Position numbers and translations under genes: made by a program. Source: Okamejei kenojei (taxonomy: Eukaryota). From it: a stretch of 64,000 nt of DNA. This document shows positions 50,471 through 62,673 of this stretch, piece by piece (within the stretch, counting starts at the first letter, position 1; each line of letters starts with the position of its first letter). The notes under the pieces were generated by a model. The model was not told the origin of the DNA, did not search any database, and saw only the letters and a list, made by a program, of their open reading frames with translations. Location: the NCBI GenBank assembly GCA_035221665.1, contig CM069133.1:17732001-17796000 (forward strand), read 5' to 3'.

Positions 50471-52258
50471 TAGAAGTAGGGATGCTATAAGTATAAGCTA
50501 TAAGTATAAGTAGTAAGTTTGCTATCTTATGTTTTGAACAAGATGTTAACGAGGCTGCATTTCGGATATATAGTTCAGTTTTGGTCACCCTTCTGTTGGA
50601 AATATGCCAATTTGCTGAAAAATTGCAGGGAAAGTTCTACATTTTTGAGGACATGGTCAGGACTCAAGGGCCTGAGCTATAAGGAGAGGTTGGGGAGTCT
50701 AGGACTTTATTCCTTTGAGTGCAGAACACTGAGGGGTGACCTTAGAGAGGTATACAAATCATGAGTGGCAATAGATAGGGTGAATGCACTCTATTTTCTC
50801 CCATTACTGTGGAATCAAGAACTAGAGGGAACAGGTTTATGGTGAGAGGGTAATGATTTAATAGGAACCTGAAGGACAACCTTTTCATACAGAGGGTGGC
50901 GGATATGAGCTGTCAAAGGAAGTAATTAAGGCAGGTATAATAACAACATTTGAAACTCATTTTGATATGTACATGAATAGGAAAGTTTGAGAGGGATATG
51001 GACTATTCCAGGCAGATGGGATGAGCTTGGTCAGCATGGACAAGTTGGGCTGAAAGGGCAGTATCCACGCTATATGATTATGACTAATTGCCTGCTCAAT
51101 GTTTTCTAAACTTGCCCTTCCACTTTAACAACACAAGCACCTAGACCCTCAGGTATGGGTCACCTGCAAATGTACAAATTATGGTTTGCATGCCAGGTGT
51201 AGGTTGTGAATATAGATCACAAAAAAAAGTAATGGCTTTTGTCGAACAATTCCCCTAACTTTAACTGAAATACATCTAAATTGATCAAATCTGCACTGCT
51301 GCACACCTTTTAGAAGAGTATCCTTTATTCTTTATTGTAGAAACAAAGAACTGCAGATGTTGGTTAATCAACAAAATGAGTCTGAAGATGGGTCTCGGCT
51401 GAAAACATCACCATGTTCTCCAGGGAAACTGCCTGACCCGCTGAGTTACTCCAGCATTTTGTACCCCTTTATTCCTTAACCACTCTTCTCATTCTTTCTA
51501 TCAAATTGCATCACTTCAATTCAATTCAATTCAACTTTAATGTCATTGCACAGATACAAGTATGGGTACAACGAAATGCAGTTTAGCGTCAGTTCGTAGT
51601 AATAACAATATATAAATAGATACAGAATCACCTCACTTTTACCTGCATTAAATTTCATCGGTCACATTTCTGTCCTTTCTTTCCACCTGCTTATATCCTG
51701 CTCTAAATATTACTATCCTCTTTGATGTTCATAATACTGCCAGGTTTCCTGCCATCTGCATATTTACAAATTGTGGCTTATTTTCCAAGGTTAAGCCATT
51801 AAATATATATTTTTTTAATTCATGGTCCAAACACTGAGAAAAATCAGTATTCACCTTTCTCCAACCCAAAATTCACTACAACCTCTGTTGTTTGTTACCA
51901 AGCCAACTCAGTGTGCATGCCATTAATATTCATTTTATGCAACGTGCTTCAATTTTACAAACAAGCCTCTTATGCGTAACCTCATCAAGTCTTTTAGATG
52001 TCTGAGTACACCACCTCGATCGAGTTTCCCTTATCAACTCCATCACCTCAATACAAAGTTCTACTAAATTGGTTAAACACCAGTAGTTCTTAACAAATCT
52101 GTACTAGTTCATCTCAATTAATCAATTTTCCTCCAGGTGTCTTTTAATCCTGACCTAGATCATTTCCTAATATATGAACTAACCAATCTCTCTCCCCACT
52201 GAGATTAAACTAACTGGGTCTTATCCTTACTTTGTCTATCGAACACAGGAGTAACTTT

Positions 52259-52394
52259 GGTGTGGGAGATTGCAACCTTCACGTGGTCCGCCCTGTTTCG
52301 ACAAATGCAATCAACCCGGCGTGCACAATCAAATAAGATCAGGTAGAACAAGTTGTCCTACAACTTTAGGCTGTGCACGCCATAAGCAAGAAGA
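52259..52394 (+). mobile_element. Short (~136 bp) retroposon with (gaa)n tail
   Basis: 12-bp TSD aggagtaacttt at 52247-52258 and 52395-52406. A second copy lies on the minus strand at ~31265-31407. Confidence 0.75.
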
Positions 52395-52815
52395 AGGAGT
52401 AACTTTAATCACTCTCCAGTCCTCTGGTACTACTTCGGTGTCCAATGAGTCGATTATGGTCAGTATAATTTCCTCCTATATTCCCTCAAAATCTTGGGAT
52501 GCATTTCATCTGGTCCGGGTGACTTATCTACTTTACGTTCAGCCAACTGCCGTGTTATCAATGTCTAAATTAAAGCTCTTATTTCTCTTCACATTCTTTG
52601 CAACAAAACTTACAAATATTGGTAGCATTTTAGTAAATAATATGTTTACTTGCATTCACTTGGGCTGATTTTGCTCAATGTTATAATCAGTGTTTGCCGA
52701 CAGCAGAATCAGGAATGAACCTGCATTCATTTAAAAATGCTTATGTATGACAAGTGCATAGGATGGAAAGGTGGACAACATTGCTAGAAATAGAATATGA
52801 ACTCTAAATACTTAC

Positions 52816-52898
52816 TGCTAGCAAATTCATGATGGTATGACCCGTTTCTCCAAAGAGTGCTTTACGGAATCGAACACTCATTAAAGGACATGGATAAA
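52816..52898 (-). CDS. ZFYVE16: ZFYVE16 coding exon (not in ORF track)
   Basis: Encodes [27 protein letters not shown]. cag| acceptor and |gtaag donor; phase 1 to 0. Confidence 0.93.
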
Positions 52899-53410
52899 CT
52901 GTCAATGAAAATACATAGCAATTAATAACCATTTGTGGCTGTCACATTGGATGTATTGAAAATGAATGTATTGAAAATAGCAACTAAAGAGCTTCCCGGC
53001 CATTTCTGGCAAGTATTTGAAATTAGAAGAAAAGATTTAAATGTAAACCACAATCTTGTAGCAACCTACCGTAATTAGATTAAAGGTAATCGAATCATTG
53101 CATAGAGATCAAATGAGACATTACGGTTACATATTTCATGGTAAAATACTATAAAACTTTCCATGGAGATTTTCATATTCAGATAACCAATTTGTGGAAT
53201 AGGATGTTAAATTACAATTAAAACACAAAGCACAAAGCTATATCTCCAGGATAAGCGCTCAACTATGAAAACCATGCCAAAAACCAAAGTATTATCTAAA
53301 TACACTAACTTATAATAAATGACTCCATATTGGAAAAAATACAGCTACCTACATATTAATTCTCTTAAAAAAATAATAATAATCCTGTAGATGCAAGTAT
53401 ACCATTGGGG

Positions 53411-55887
53411 TTATCAAGTGAGCACCTCCCTTCATTGGTGTTTCGTTGAGTTAGGCCTCGGGAAGGCTCAAGTTGGTTCTGGCGCCCCAGAACAACTCCC
53501 CTCAATACCTGCTATCACTGCCTCTGCAGCCAGTATCTACTAAATAAAGGAAGCTGCAGCCAACTCCTAACCATTTCCCAATATATGAACTAACCAATCT
53601 AACCTTTCCACCTTAGAAATTGACACCTCATATACTGTCAATGGCCACATCAACCTGGGGAATAGCCCAAACTGCAAACACCACAACTTCAATTTGCCTG
53701 GAAGCCCCGACTTCTCATCCTTTCTAACGCGTCAGTAACATCCTTTCTAAGTTGCTGAACCTGTTCAGTGTCATCCAACTTCCTGTTATACCACCTACCG
53801 AAACTTGACTGGTTTCTACATTAAAAGGGATTTCTTCTTCAACTGCAGATCCTTTTCTCTACTCCCTTTTATCTTGCCAAAGAAATACTCTGTGATTTAC
53901 TAGGCTTAATCTTCAATCTAACCCATTTAAGATTATTATTTAACTTCTCCAAAAACCTTATTGTACAAGCTACTGTTGTGATCACCAAGGTCATATCATC
54001 CATATAGGCCCTGATTGGCGGAGTCCGTCCTTCCGTCTCTCCCTGCCTCGACCCACCGTGATGCTCTAATCACTTGCTCCACCGCCATTGTAAACGCTAA
54101 TGGGGAAATAGTACACCCTGCCATAATGCCCGTCTCCAGTCTCTGCCATGCTGTCGTAAAGTCTGCTGCACTAAAACACATTCGGACATCTTGGAAATAT
54201 GCTTTCACTAAATTTACTATTGATCCTGGAATTCTAAATAAATCGAAACCACTGCAAATAAGACTACGTGGCTTAGATCCAAACGCATTTGCCAGTTCCA
54301 AAAACACAACATGAAAATCTATTCTCTCGAACTTGGCTGTCTGAATCTGATGCCATATTACACGAATGTGTTCTAAGCAACCTGTGAAACCTGAGATTCC
54401 TGCTTTCTGCACTGTGGTATCTATTAACCTATTCCTTTCTAAATAGCTTCTGTGTCACTATGCTAAAGACAATCTTGCCTTCTACATTTAGGAAGCAGAA
54501 AGGCCTAAACTGACTTAACTCTGAAGACTCTTTCTCCTTGGGAATGAAAATTCCCCCTGCTCTTCCATTGGTATAACCTGCTTCTCCCAAACTCCAGTCA
54601 AGAGCCTTCACAAGAATCTAAGCACATCAGGTGCACTTTAATATACCCGGTAAGGGACTCCATTTGGCCTTGGGGCCGAAGAAGCCTTTGCATGCCTTAT
54701 TACGACTTCCACTTCTTTCCACTTTGGTGGCAAAACATCTAACTTATACGCTATGTCACTTAAGGGTGGTATATCTGGAGGGAAACCCATTCCCCTTTTC
54801 TTTTCTGGATCCGAGTATGTCTTTTTTAAATATTCCTCTAACTCTTCCTTTGAAGCTTTGAGCTTTCTACTTTTTCCTGACTAAACATTCTTTTAACAAA
54901 TTTAAATGGATCCCTATAAAATTCTGACCTGATCCGCTCCTTCTTCTTTCTCTTCCTTCTAAGGTGTTCTGCCCTCCTTAATATTGCTAACCGATTTCTT
55001 AACTCTTCTTGCAAAACATTAATTCTGTCGCCCTCATCAACTGTAGACTTTCGCAACTGCCTCCTCTCCTTCTCTTGATTGCTCTCTTTCGTCTAGATCT
55101 AATCACCTGGGGAGCCTACACCTTATTTTTCTAAATAACACCAAACCTGTCCGCATCATATTGATAAATAAACTCTCCCATCTTATCCAACTTGTTTCCC
55201 ACTGTCCCTTTCAGACTCTCTAGCGCCTATACAAAATCGATATAAACAGTTCCCATTCCTTCCTTTCACTTGCCCTAGGCCATTTAACTCTAGGTTTCAA
55301 CCCACCGTTCTTCCCCGACTGGCAGATTAGCCTCACCACCACCTACATCCCCCTCTACAGCACATGTTCTCTCCTCATCAGTTACAGGGGACTGTAGTTT
55401 TCTACCCGTCGCTGGACTTCACTTGACTGACTTCTCAAGAAGTACTGCTCGATGCGATTCACCTGCACTCCATCTAACAAGCACTTTGTTCCCTGATATA
55501 TTCTGAGGACCTTTGCTGTTGTTATTTTCTGCCAACCACAAGAACAGACCTGGAGCTTCTTTCCCTCTACGACCGAGCCGCTGTCCATTGGTGCGCTAAT
55601 CCTACTCGTAGTCTTTTCCGTTCCGTGGTCTGCAGCCGGGTAATCCACCCACAAGTCATCTTCCGCCCCCGCTCTCGCAGACTCTAAGGGTGGCTGTCTT
55701 TTATTTGCCGTAGCTTTTTAGGGGTGCAGCGAGACCGTTTACAATCTACGCCACTGCTGCAAAGAGGTGCTAACCCATAATATCTCCAGTGGGGTCTATT
55801 CCGTCCTGTCAGCTGTCTTTCCAAGCTGTCACATGGACTTTTCCTAGTTGTCAGCTGCTCTGTTCACAGCACTCACTAGTTGGGCTA
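53411..55887 (-). mobile_element. Degraded Hero/NeSL-like (RLE-type) non-LTR retrotransposon, internally deleted
   Basis: RT motifs FRP..LNVEGKI, QKAGISGFTGCLEH, VVFLELANAFGS and GIMAGCTISPLAF, plus N-terminal CSCGW..LRIYQG. Flanked by a ~210-bp direct duplication. Confidence 0.8.
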
Positions 55888-57198
55888 GATGTTAAATTAC
55901 AATTAAAACACAAAGTACTTGTGCTATAAGTCCAGGATAATCGCTCAACTAAGAATACCAAGACAAAACCAAAGTATTATCTAACTAAATACACCAACTT
56001 TCAATAAATAACTCCATATGCAAACAAAAACCTAGCTACGTACATGTTAATTCTCTTTTAAAAAAACCCAAATCCTATAGATGCAAGTATATAATTGGGG
56101 CGATAATTATTAGCATCACATATGCCTGTCTTGGCAATCCGAACTGTTCAATAACCCAGGTGAAAGTGCAATAAACTTTGTTACAGGATCTATTATTTTT
56201 CTCTCTTTATCCATTTAACTATTTGGCTCAACATCTGGTCAACTTGATTTGCTGTAATCATATACTGCACTGCTGATGTGCTATTTTCAACCAATATCAG
56301 CAAATCACTGTCCTGTTATTTTTCCAGTTATTTTAATAAAATTTTCACATCATCTCCTTTCACTAGACTCATGAATTCTCTTCAAATTATCCAGACCAAC
56401 TTCTCTTTGATATTTTGCTAACAAAGGGTTAAACATTTATTTGAATCTCTGTGCAAAGTTTAAGAATATGTGCATGTTACAGCAGATTAGTTTCTATTTC
56501 TTGTTCCAAATCATTCCTAAATAATCCATAGCGTTTTGTTCATTCATACCTGTTGTCATAGCATGTTACATTATGTGGTGCCACACAGTCCCAAACACTA
56601 CTTTTGCAGAAGACTCTCTCCTATTCCAGTTCCTTCTTCCCTGGTTGATGAATGTCTTCAGTAGCATAGCAAATACATTGCAGAAACCTTAATAAATGGC
56701 ACCCATGGAACATGCTTTCTAAATGTCCATCATCTTCTTGGATGCTTGAAGTCCTTAAAAACTCCCACTCACCACACCATATGAAGATATTTAATTATCC
56801 TTTCTCTTATGCTGCCTTCTAATACTTGATGCAAAACTGACATTACTCTCCCTAGATCATGCTCTGTGCATTCTCCTATACCCCTCTTTTTAAAGAATGA
56901 AATTTTTGTATTTTCTAATTGTTGGCATTATAAGTATTTTCTAATGATACATTGAAAGAGAGACAACACTTGGCACAAGCTTTGCTAAACTCGAATGGTC
57001 CAACCAGATTTAGTTCTCTTCATTATTCCTAAATACCTCATAATTTTATTTCCCCGTGAATTAATTACATTTCAACATCCTTCTGACTCACAAATCGACA
57101 AAGATTATGCACAATCTAGTGGAGTTAACCAAAGAAATAATATAAAACATTCATCGGCCATTACATCAAATAGATTGCTGCACAGGTTAAAAACTCAC

Positions 57199-57423
57199 CA
57201 TTGTATTCTGCTCCCAATCTTAGCATGAGTCGAATAGGAAACACTTTTGCCCAAGGTATTTCCAGTTTCTGAATAAGGATTCCAAACAAAAATGGACTAC
57301 TTGGAATCAGTAAATTTGCTAGCATCTGAAAAGTAGGTATAACAAACAGAAAACCTCCATGATCTTTACTACCTAGAAAGCTTTCCGTGAAGGAAAATGT
57401 CCCCAAATGACCAATGGTTTTTC
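57199..57423 (-). CDS. ZFYVE16: ZFYVE16 coding exon
   Basis: Encodes [26 protein letters not shown]...[21 protein letters not shown]. Canonical splice sites. Confidence 0.95.
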
Positions 57424-57809
57424 CTGTTTAAAACAAGAAAGAAAAAATATCCGTATTTTTAAGGATTCAAAGATTAGCAATATTTAGTGATAAATATTTG
57501 AATCACATCAGTTCATCAAATAATACTAAACCACGATTTTGAAACAGATTAGAATTCTTTATTTCTGAAATATCACTGAAATATTTTTTTAAGACCCACT
57601 TTCACTCCTACGCACTTAATGATTTATTCAGAACCTCTGTAATATAACTTGCTGTTTGAGTTGAATATAATTTACAAAGAAACATTTTATTCAAGATTAC
57701 AAGCAATAACCATTCAGGAGATTGATCAGGTTAAAATTCAACTGTTTGTTAAATATTTGATTGTGAAAGTTGCATCTTGATCATTTAAATAATGGGGCTT
57801 TAAACCTAC

Positions 57810-57965
57810 CTTTAGATGCATCCTGATACAGTGTGAGATAAAAGTTCAGGATGTCTTTGGGAATTATATTTTCTTCAGATGAGCACGACAGCAAAATAAC
57901 AACTTCTGCCTGGCCTACACCATGTAATCCGTTAGATACAAAGCACCAGCATCTATTTGCAGCAT
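57810..57965 (-). CDS. ZFYVE16: ZFYVE16 coding exon (SARA C-terminal/DUF3480 region)
   Basis: Encodes AANRCWCFVSNGLHGVGQAEVVILL...YQDASK. tag| acceptor and |gtaggt donor. Confidence 0.92.
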
Positions 57966-59080
57966 CTACATACATCACAGAAATAAAGATGTAAACAAAA
58001 TGTATTCATTAAATCTCAGTTAAACTTCTGATCATTTTTTGAAAATATTACTTTAACAGCACTAACAGTCTTTCAAAAATCAGCTACATTAAAATATTGC
58101 CAGTCATACACCTCTCAGAACCACCAAATGGATAACAGAAAGAAGTGCAAGTAAAATGTCAAGTGCAGTCTGAAAAGCTGGAAGAAACAAGGGGCCTATT
58201 GGGATTAATGCTGGTACTGTTGAGTGAAAGACCTGAAGCTATATTGAGATGAAATTATTGAGAGTTTAATAAATGAAAGGCATGAGGAATTGCCAAGTTT
58301 TAAAAGGTTGGCTTTCATTGCATTTTTGAAAAAGATATTGGCATCTGGAAAATTATGGCATAATAAAGTCAAACAGCATCAAATTTAAATATTTGGTTTT
58401 CTCTATGTTTAACTGGAGGAAACTACAACTCAAATGTCAAGGTATGTACTACATCATTCTACAGTTCACATTTCCCCCAACAGGTAAAAATCAGAGCAGT
58501 CAAGGCAAACATTCAGGCATAGATAACCAGGAGAGGAGAGAACAAACCAGGCAAGAGATACTCAAAACAAATAGGAAGCAATGTGTAATAGAACATTGGG
58601 AAGAGAACTTGGATTGCATGTCTGTAGATTCCTGAAGGCGCAGGACAGAGGGATAAAGTAGAAAATAAACACTGATCGTGCTCATGGTACCTAGATCCCT
58701 TGACAGAATGATAAAAAGTGGATGAACAAGATTATGTCGAGGGAAAGGTTTGGTTTTAGTGGGAGGTGGTTTGAGGGCAGTCCAATCCGAGTTTAATTCT
58801 TCATCACAGAATAGGATGCAAATAACTTTCAATAGAAACATTTCACAGAAGGACAACTTGGAAGTAGTCATGTGGCCCACTGTGCATAAGGCTGGAAGAA
58901 AAAGATCATTATCACCCCATCTTTTTTATTAATTTCATTGTCAATGTTAAATCAAATCATCAATTGTCAATAAAATCACAGAAAAGCAAGTCTAATTGAT
59001 GATTGAACAGACATTCTGACTAATAATTACCATTGATCCAAGGAAATAAAGATGGACAAGGGAGGGGGAAATTGAAAGCC

Positions 59081-59350
59081 GTTTAGTTTAGAAACAGGCC
59101 CTTTGGCCCACCGAGTCCGCACTGACCAGCGATGCCCGCACATTAAGACTACCCTACACACACTAGGGACAATTTTACATTTGCACCAAGCGAATTAACC
59201 TACAAACGTGTACGTCTTTGGAGTGAGGGACGAAACGGAAGATCTTGGAGAAAAAGCATGCAGGTCATGGGAAGAATGTACGTACAGACAAACACCGGTA
59301 GTTAGGATCGAACCTGGGTCTCTAGCACTGTAATGCCACAGTACCACCCA
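59081..59350 (-). mobile_element. HE1-like SINE
   Basis: Same consensus. Confidence 0.78.
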
Positions 59351-59649
59351 GTCAGCAATTATTTTGTCCCAATGGGGAATGCAGAGGAACACAAGGATGT
59401 ACAACTGGAGTTTCTAAGTATATATAAATAGCCACATTTGCCTCAACGGACTCTACAAATCATGGTGAGAGAAGCAGAGGGACAAAGTTGGATTAATTAG
59501 TCAATGGGATCCAAACCCAGGGCAGTAGCATAACAGTTAAAATATAGATCATCTAAACAGAAGTAAAGACAAAAAATAACTAGCAACATTTGTAAATTGA
59601 TAAAGTTAACATTTCGTGCCAATATTTCCAATTTTCGTTTAGGTAACAA

Positions 59650-60240
59650 ATACAGTGTGGAAACAGGGCCTTTGGGTCACTGAGTCCGCGCCGACCAGCG
59701 ATCCCCGCACACTAACACTACCCTACACACACTAGGGACAATTTACAATATTACCCAAGCCAATTAACCTACAAACCTGGACGTCTTTGAAGTGTGGGAG
59801 GAAACCAGGGCATCAGGAGAAAACCTACACTGACAATAGACAATAGGAGCAGGAGTAGGTCATTCGGCCCTTCGAGCCAGCACCGCCGTTCAATGTGATC
59901 ATGGCTGATCATCCCCAATCTGACCCAGTTCCTACCTTCTCCCCATATCCCCTGACTCCGCTATCTTTAAGAGCCCTATCTAGCTCTCTCTTGAAAGCAT
60001 CCAGAGAACCGGCCTCCACCGCCCTCTTGAGGCAGAGAATTCCACAGATTCACAACTCTCTGTGAGAAAAAGTGTTTCCTCATCTCCGTTCTAAATGGCT
60101 TACCCTTTATTCTCAAACTGGGGCCACAGGTCATGGGGAGAACGTACAAACGCCATACAGACAGCACCCGTATGCAGGATTGAACCCAGGTCTCTGGCAC
60201 CGCAAGGCAGCAGCTCTATAGCTGTGCCATAGTACCGCCC
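59650..60240 (-). mobile_element. HE1-like SINE interrupted by a CR1 3' end (59830-60125)
   Basis: SINE halves flank a CR1 fragment encoding FSQRVVNLWNSLP. Confidence 0.8.
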
Positions 60241-60644
60241 CTTCTAAGAAGAGGTCATTAACCTGAAACTCTGGAAAACTGAACAGCTATAATATTATGC
60301 AGGAAGATGTAGGTCTAAAATGGTGTTCACACAGAATTAACACTTGAATTGCTATTGTAAAACTGACCCCCACAACACCAACTCGGTTGCTTGAAAGTGA
60401 TAATTACTCAACTACATTGCTTTGTGGTAAACGTACAGGATACTTAAAACAACCCCATATATGTTTAGATTAACACATGCATGAAAATGCAAAATTTAAG
60501 AGTTAACTTCTGGCTATAGATCTACATTTTTGGCTAATTACAGAAGTAAATGACAGTTCAATATTAGGATTTAAAATAAATTAATCTCATAATCTCAGTT
60601 TTGGAAAGGCATACATTCCATAATTAATTGGCCGATCTACTCAC

Positions 60645-60764
60645 AATTCACAAGTTTCACGTTAACGATAAGATTGGCATTCAGCACAAAGGTCAGGGGA
60701 TTTGGCTCCGCATCCTTTAGCAGCATCATTGCCTGGGTCAGAGTCGGATGCTCGTCCACCACCA
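60645..60764 (-). CDS. ZFYVE16: ZFYVE16 coding exon
   Basis: Encodes VVDEHPTLTQAMMLLKDAEPNPLTFVLNANLIVNVKLVN. cag| acceptor and |gtgagt donor; phase 1 to 1. Confidence 0.88.
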
Positions 60765-61249
60765 CTGAGCCGCCACATAAAGTAAAAACGGAATAAAGCA
60801 AAAGGTTATTGTGAATTGCAAACACGTGGGCCATTTGTTCATTTTATTAATCTAGAATACCATCTTCATCATCATCATTAATACAGCCAGAAACAAAATA
60901 AGACATTACCGTCACATTTTGACCATGGTGTAAGTCATTACAACACAACAGTTTAAGATTATGCTCTTAAATTCTTAATAAAGTGACCTACCTTCCAGAC
61001 TTTTAATCCATAAACATGAGAATTAATAGATAAAGGAAAATCTGCCAGTTTCACTCAATATGTCACATACCCAAAGTGATCATTTAAAAAAAAAAATCAA
61101 ATAACCATTATAATTTAAGTGAAAACCAGCTATCGGTAGATCAGCTCCACCATGATTGTTGTGTTCCTAAGAAAACTTGTGTTTCATAAAATTGCATAAA
61201 AACAATTGTGTTAATGGGAAAAAGGAGTTGGGGTCTTGCGTTTCAATCT

Positions 61250-62100
61250 TTGCGCGGCCTGCTGGATCTCCCAGTTGCGAGCCATTTTAACTCCCTTCCC
61301 ATTTCTGTTCTGGGCCTCTTCCATTGCCAAAGTGAGGCCACACACAAACTGGAGGGACAGCACCTCATATTCAACTTAGGTAGCTTACAACCTAAGTGAA
61401 CTTTGCAATTTTAGGGAACTATTAATTAATTTCAATTATTCAATAATTCCCTAATTTTGCAATTTTAGGGAACTATTAATTAATTTCAACATCCTTCTGA
61501 CTCACAAATCGACAAAGATTATGCACAATCAATTTCAACATCCTTCTGACAAATAAACCTTCCTTCCACCCCTCTCCCCCTCTTCTCACTCTTTCCTGTG
61601 CCAGCTGGACACAGACCTATTTTTCCCCTTATTCAATTGTATCCACCTGTCACTTCACATGATGGGCGGCAGAGTGGCGCAGCAGTAGAGTTGCTGCCTT
61701 TCAGCGCCAGAGACCCTTGTTCGATCCTGGCTGGCTACGGGTGCTGTCTGTACAGAGTTTGTTCGTTCTCCATGTGACCTGCCTGGGTTTTCTGCGGGAT
61801 CTCTGGTTTCCGCTCACACTCCAAGGATATACAGGTTTGTAGGGTAATTGGCTTGGTATGAGTGTAAATTGTCCCTAGTGTGTGTGTAGGATAACGTTAA
61901 TGTGCTGGGATGGCTGGTCGGTGCGGACTAAGTGGGCCAAAAGGCCTGTTTACCTGCTGTATCTCTAAACTAAACCCTCATCTTACAGCTTTCTCCCCGC
62001 CTCCCACTACAATTAGACCAAAGGGCCCCATGACAAAACATCACCTATCCATGTGTCTTTTTTTTGTAAACCAGCATCCACAGTTCCTTGTATTTATCAA
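61250..62100 (+). mobile_element. Penelope-like element 3' fragment, interrupted by a HE1-like SINE
   Basis: Encodes LPVASHFNS...CQSEATHKLEGQHLIFNLGSLQP; pLTR remnant at ~62010-62095. Confidence 0.75.
61663..61975 (+). mobile_element. HE1-like SINE
   Basis: Full head and tail. Confidence 0.82.
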
Positions 62101-62107
62101 GATTTAC

Positions 62108-62348
62108 CTTCTTGCTCCCCTGTTGTTACAACAATGGGAGGTAGACCATGCTCATCATCCGGAATGAGACTTGTAATCTTTGGAACAGACTTCCCAACAG
62201 CAGCCAGGGCTCTGTAGTCTGTTCGAGAAATGTCAGCCTTCATATCTTGAACACTTGCCGGACCTGTTGTTATAGCTGAATCTGTCTTCATGGCATCAAC
62301 TTGACTTGTAAGATCCGAAAGTACTTTATCTCCTGTACTATTTGAAGG
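62108..62348 (-). CDS. ZFYVE16: ZFYVE16 coding exon
   Basis: Encodes PSNSTGDK...SLIPDDEHGLPPIVVTTGEQE. Acceptor tccttgcccag, donor GAAG|gtaaat; phase 0 to 1. Confidence 0.85.
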
Positions 62349-62515
62349 CTGGGCAAGGAGGGAAGGAAAGACATTGAGCTTATGTAATTCAGGTCTTTGT
62401 ATTAGAACATCCTCCAGATGCATACGTATATTTATTTTAGCGTAAATGAATAAAATATATCGTCAAGACGTAGATTTGCTGTTTAAGGAGAAACTAACTT
62501 GGCATTAACTTATAC

Positions 62516-62673
62516 CATTTTTGTTTCTTGAGTGATGTTACAAACTTCTTCTGGTATTCCTCGGCCTACACCAACTGGTGAACTTCCTGTCATTGTTGTT
62601 GAGTCTGCCACTTCTCCATTTGGCAGAATACCATCTGCAAACCAAACCCTTCTGTGCTCTCTGGGATACGTGC
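62516..62673 (-). CDS. ZFYVE16: ZFYVE16 (endofin) internal coding exon; first exon visible in the window
   Basis: Encodes [23 protein letters not shown], a SARA/endofin motif. Acceptor ttcttcaacag, donor ATG|gtataa; phase 1 to 0. Confidence 0.9.

Noticed and set aside
53203-56100. LTR retrotransposon (direct repeats read as LTRs)
   Set aside because: The internal RT is non-LTR (Hero-like), and the repeats lack TG...CA ends, PBS and PPT.
37873-62673. Assignment as ZFYVE9 (SARA)
   Set aside because: Diagnostic residues ([43 protein letters not shown]-terminus) and the FAM151B neighbour favour ZFYVE16.
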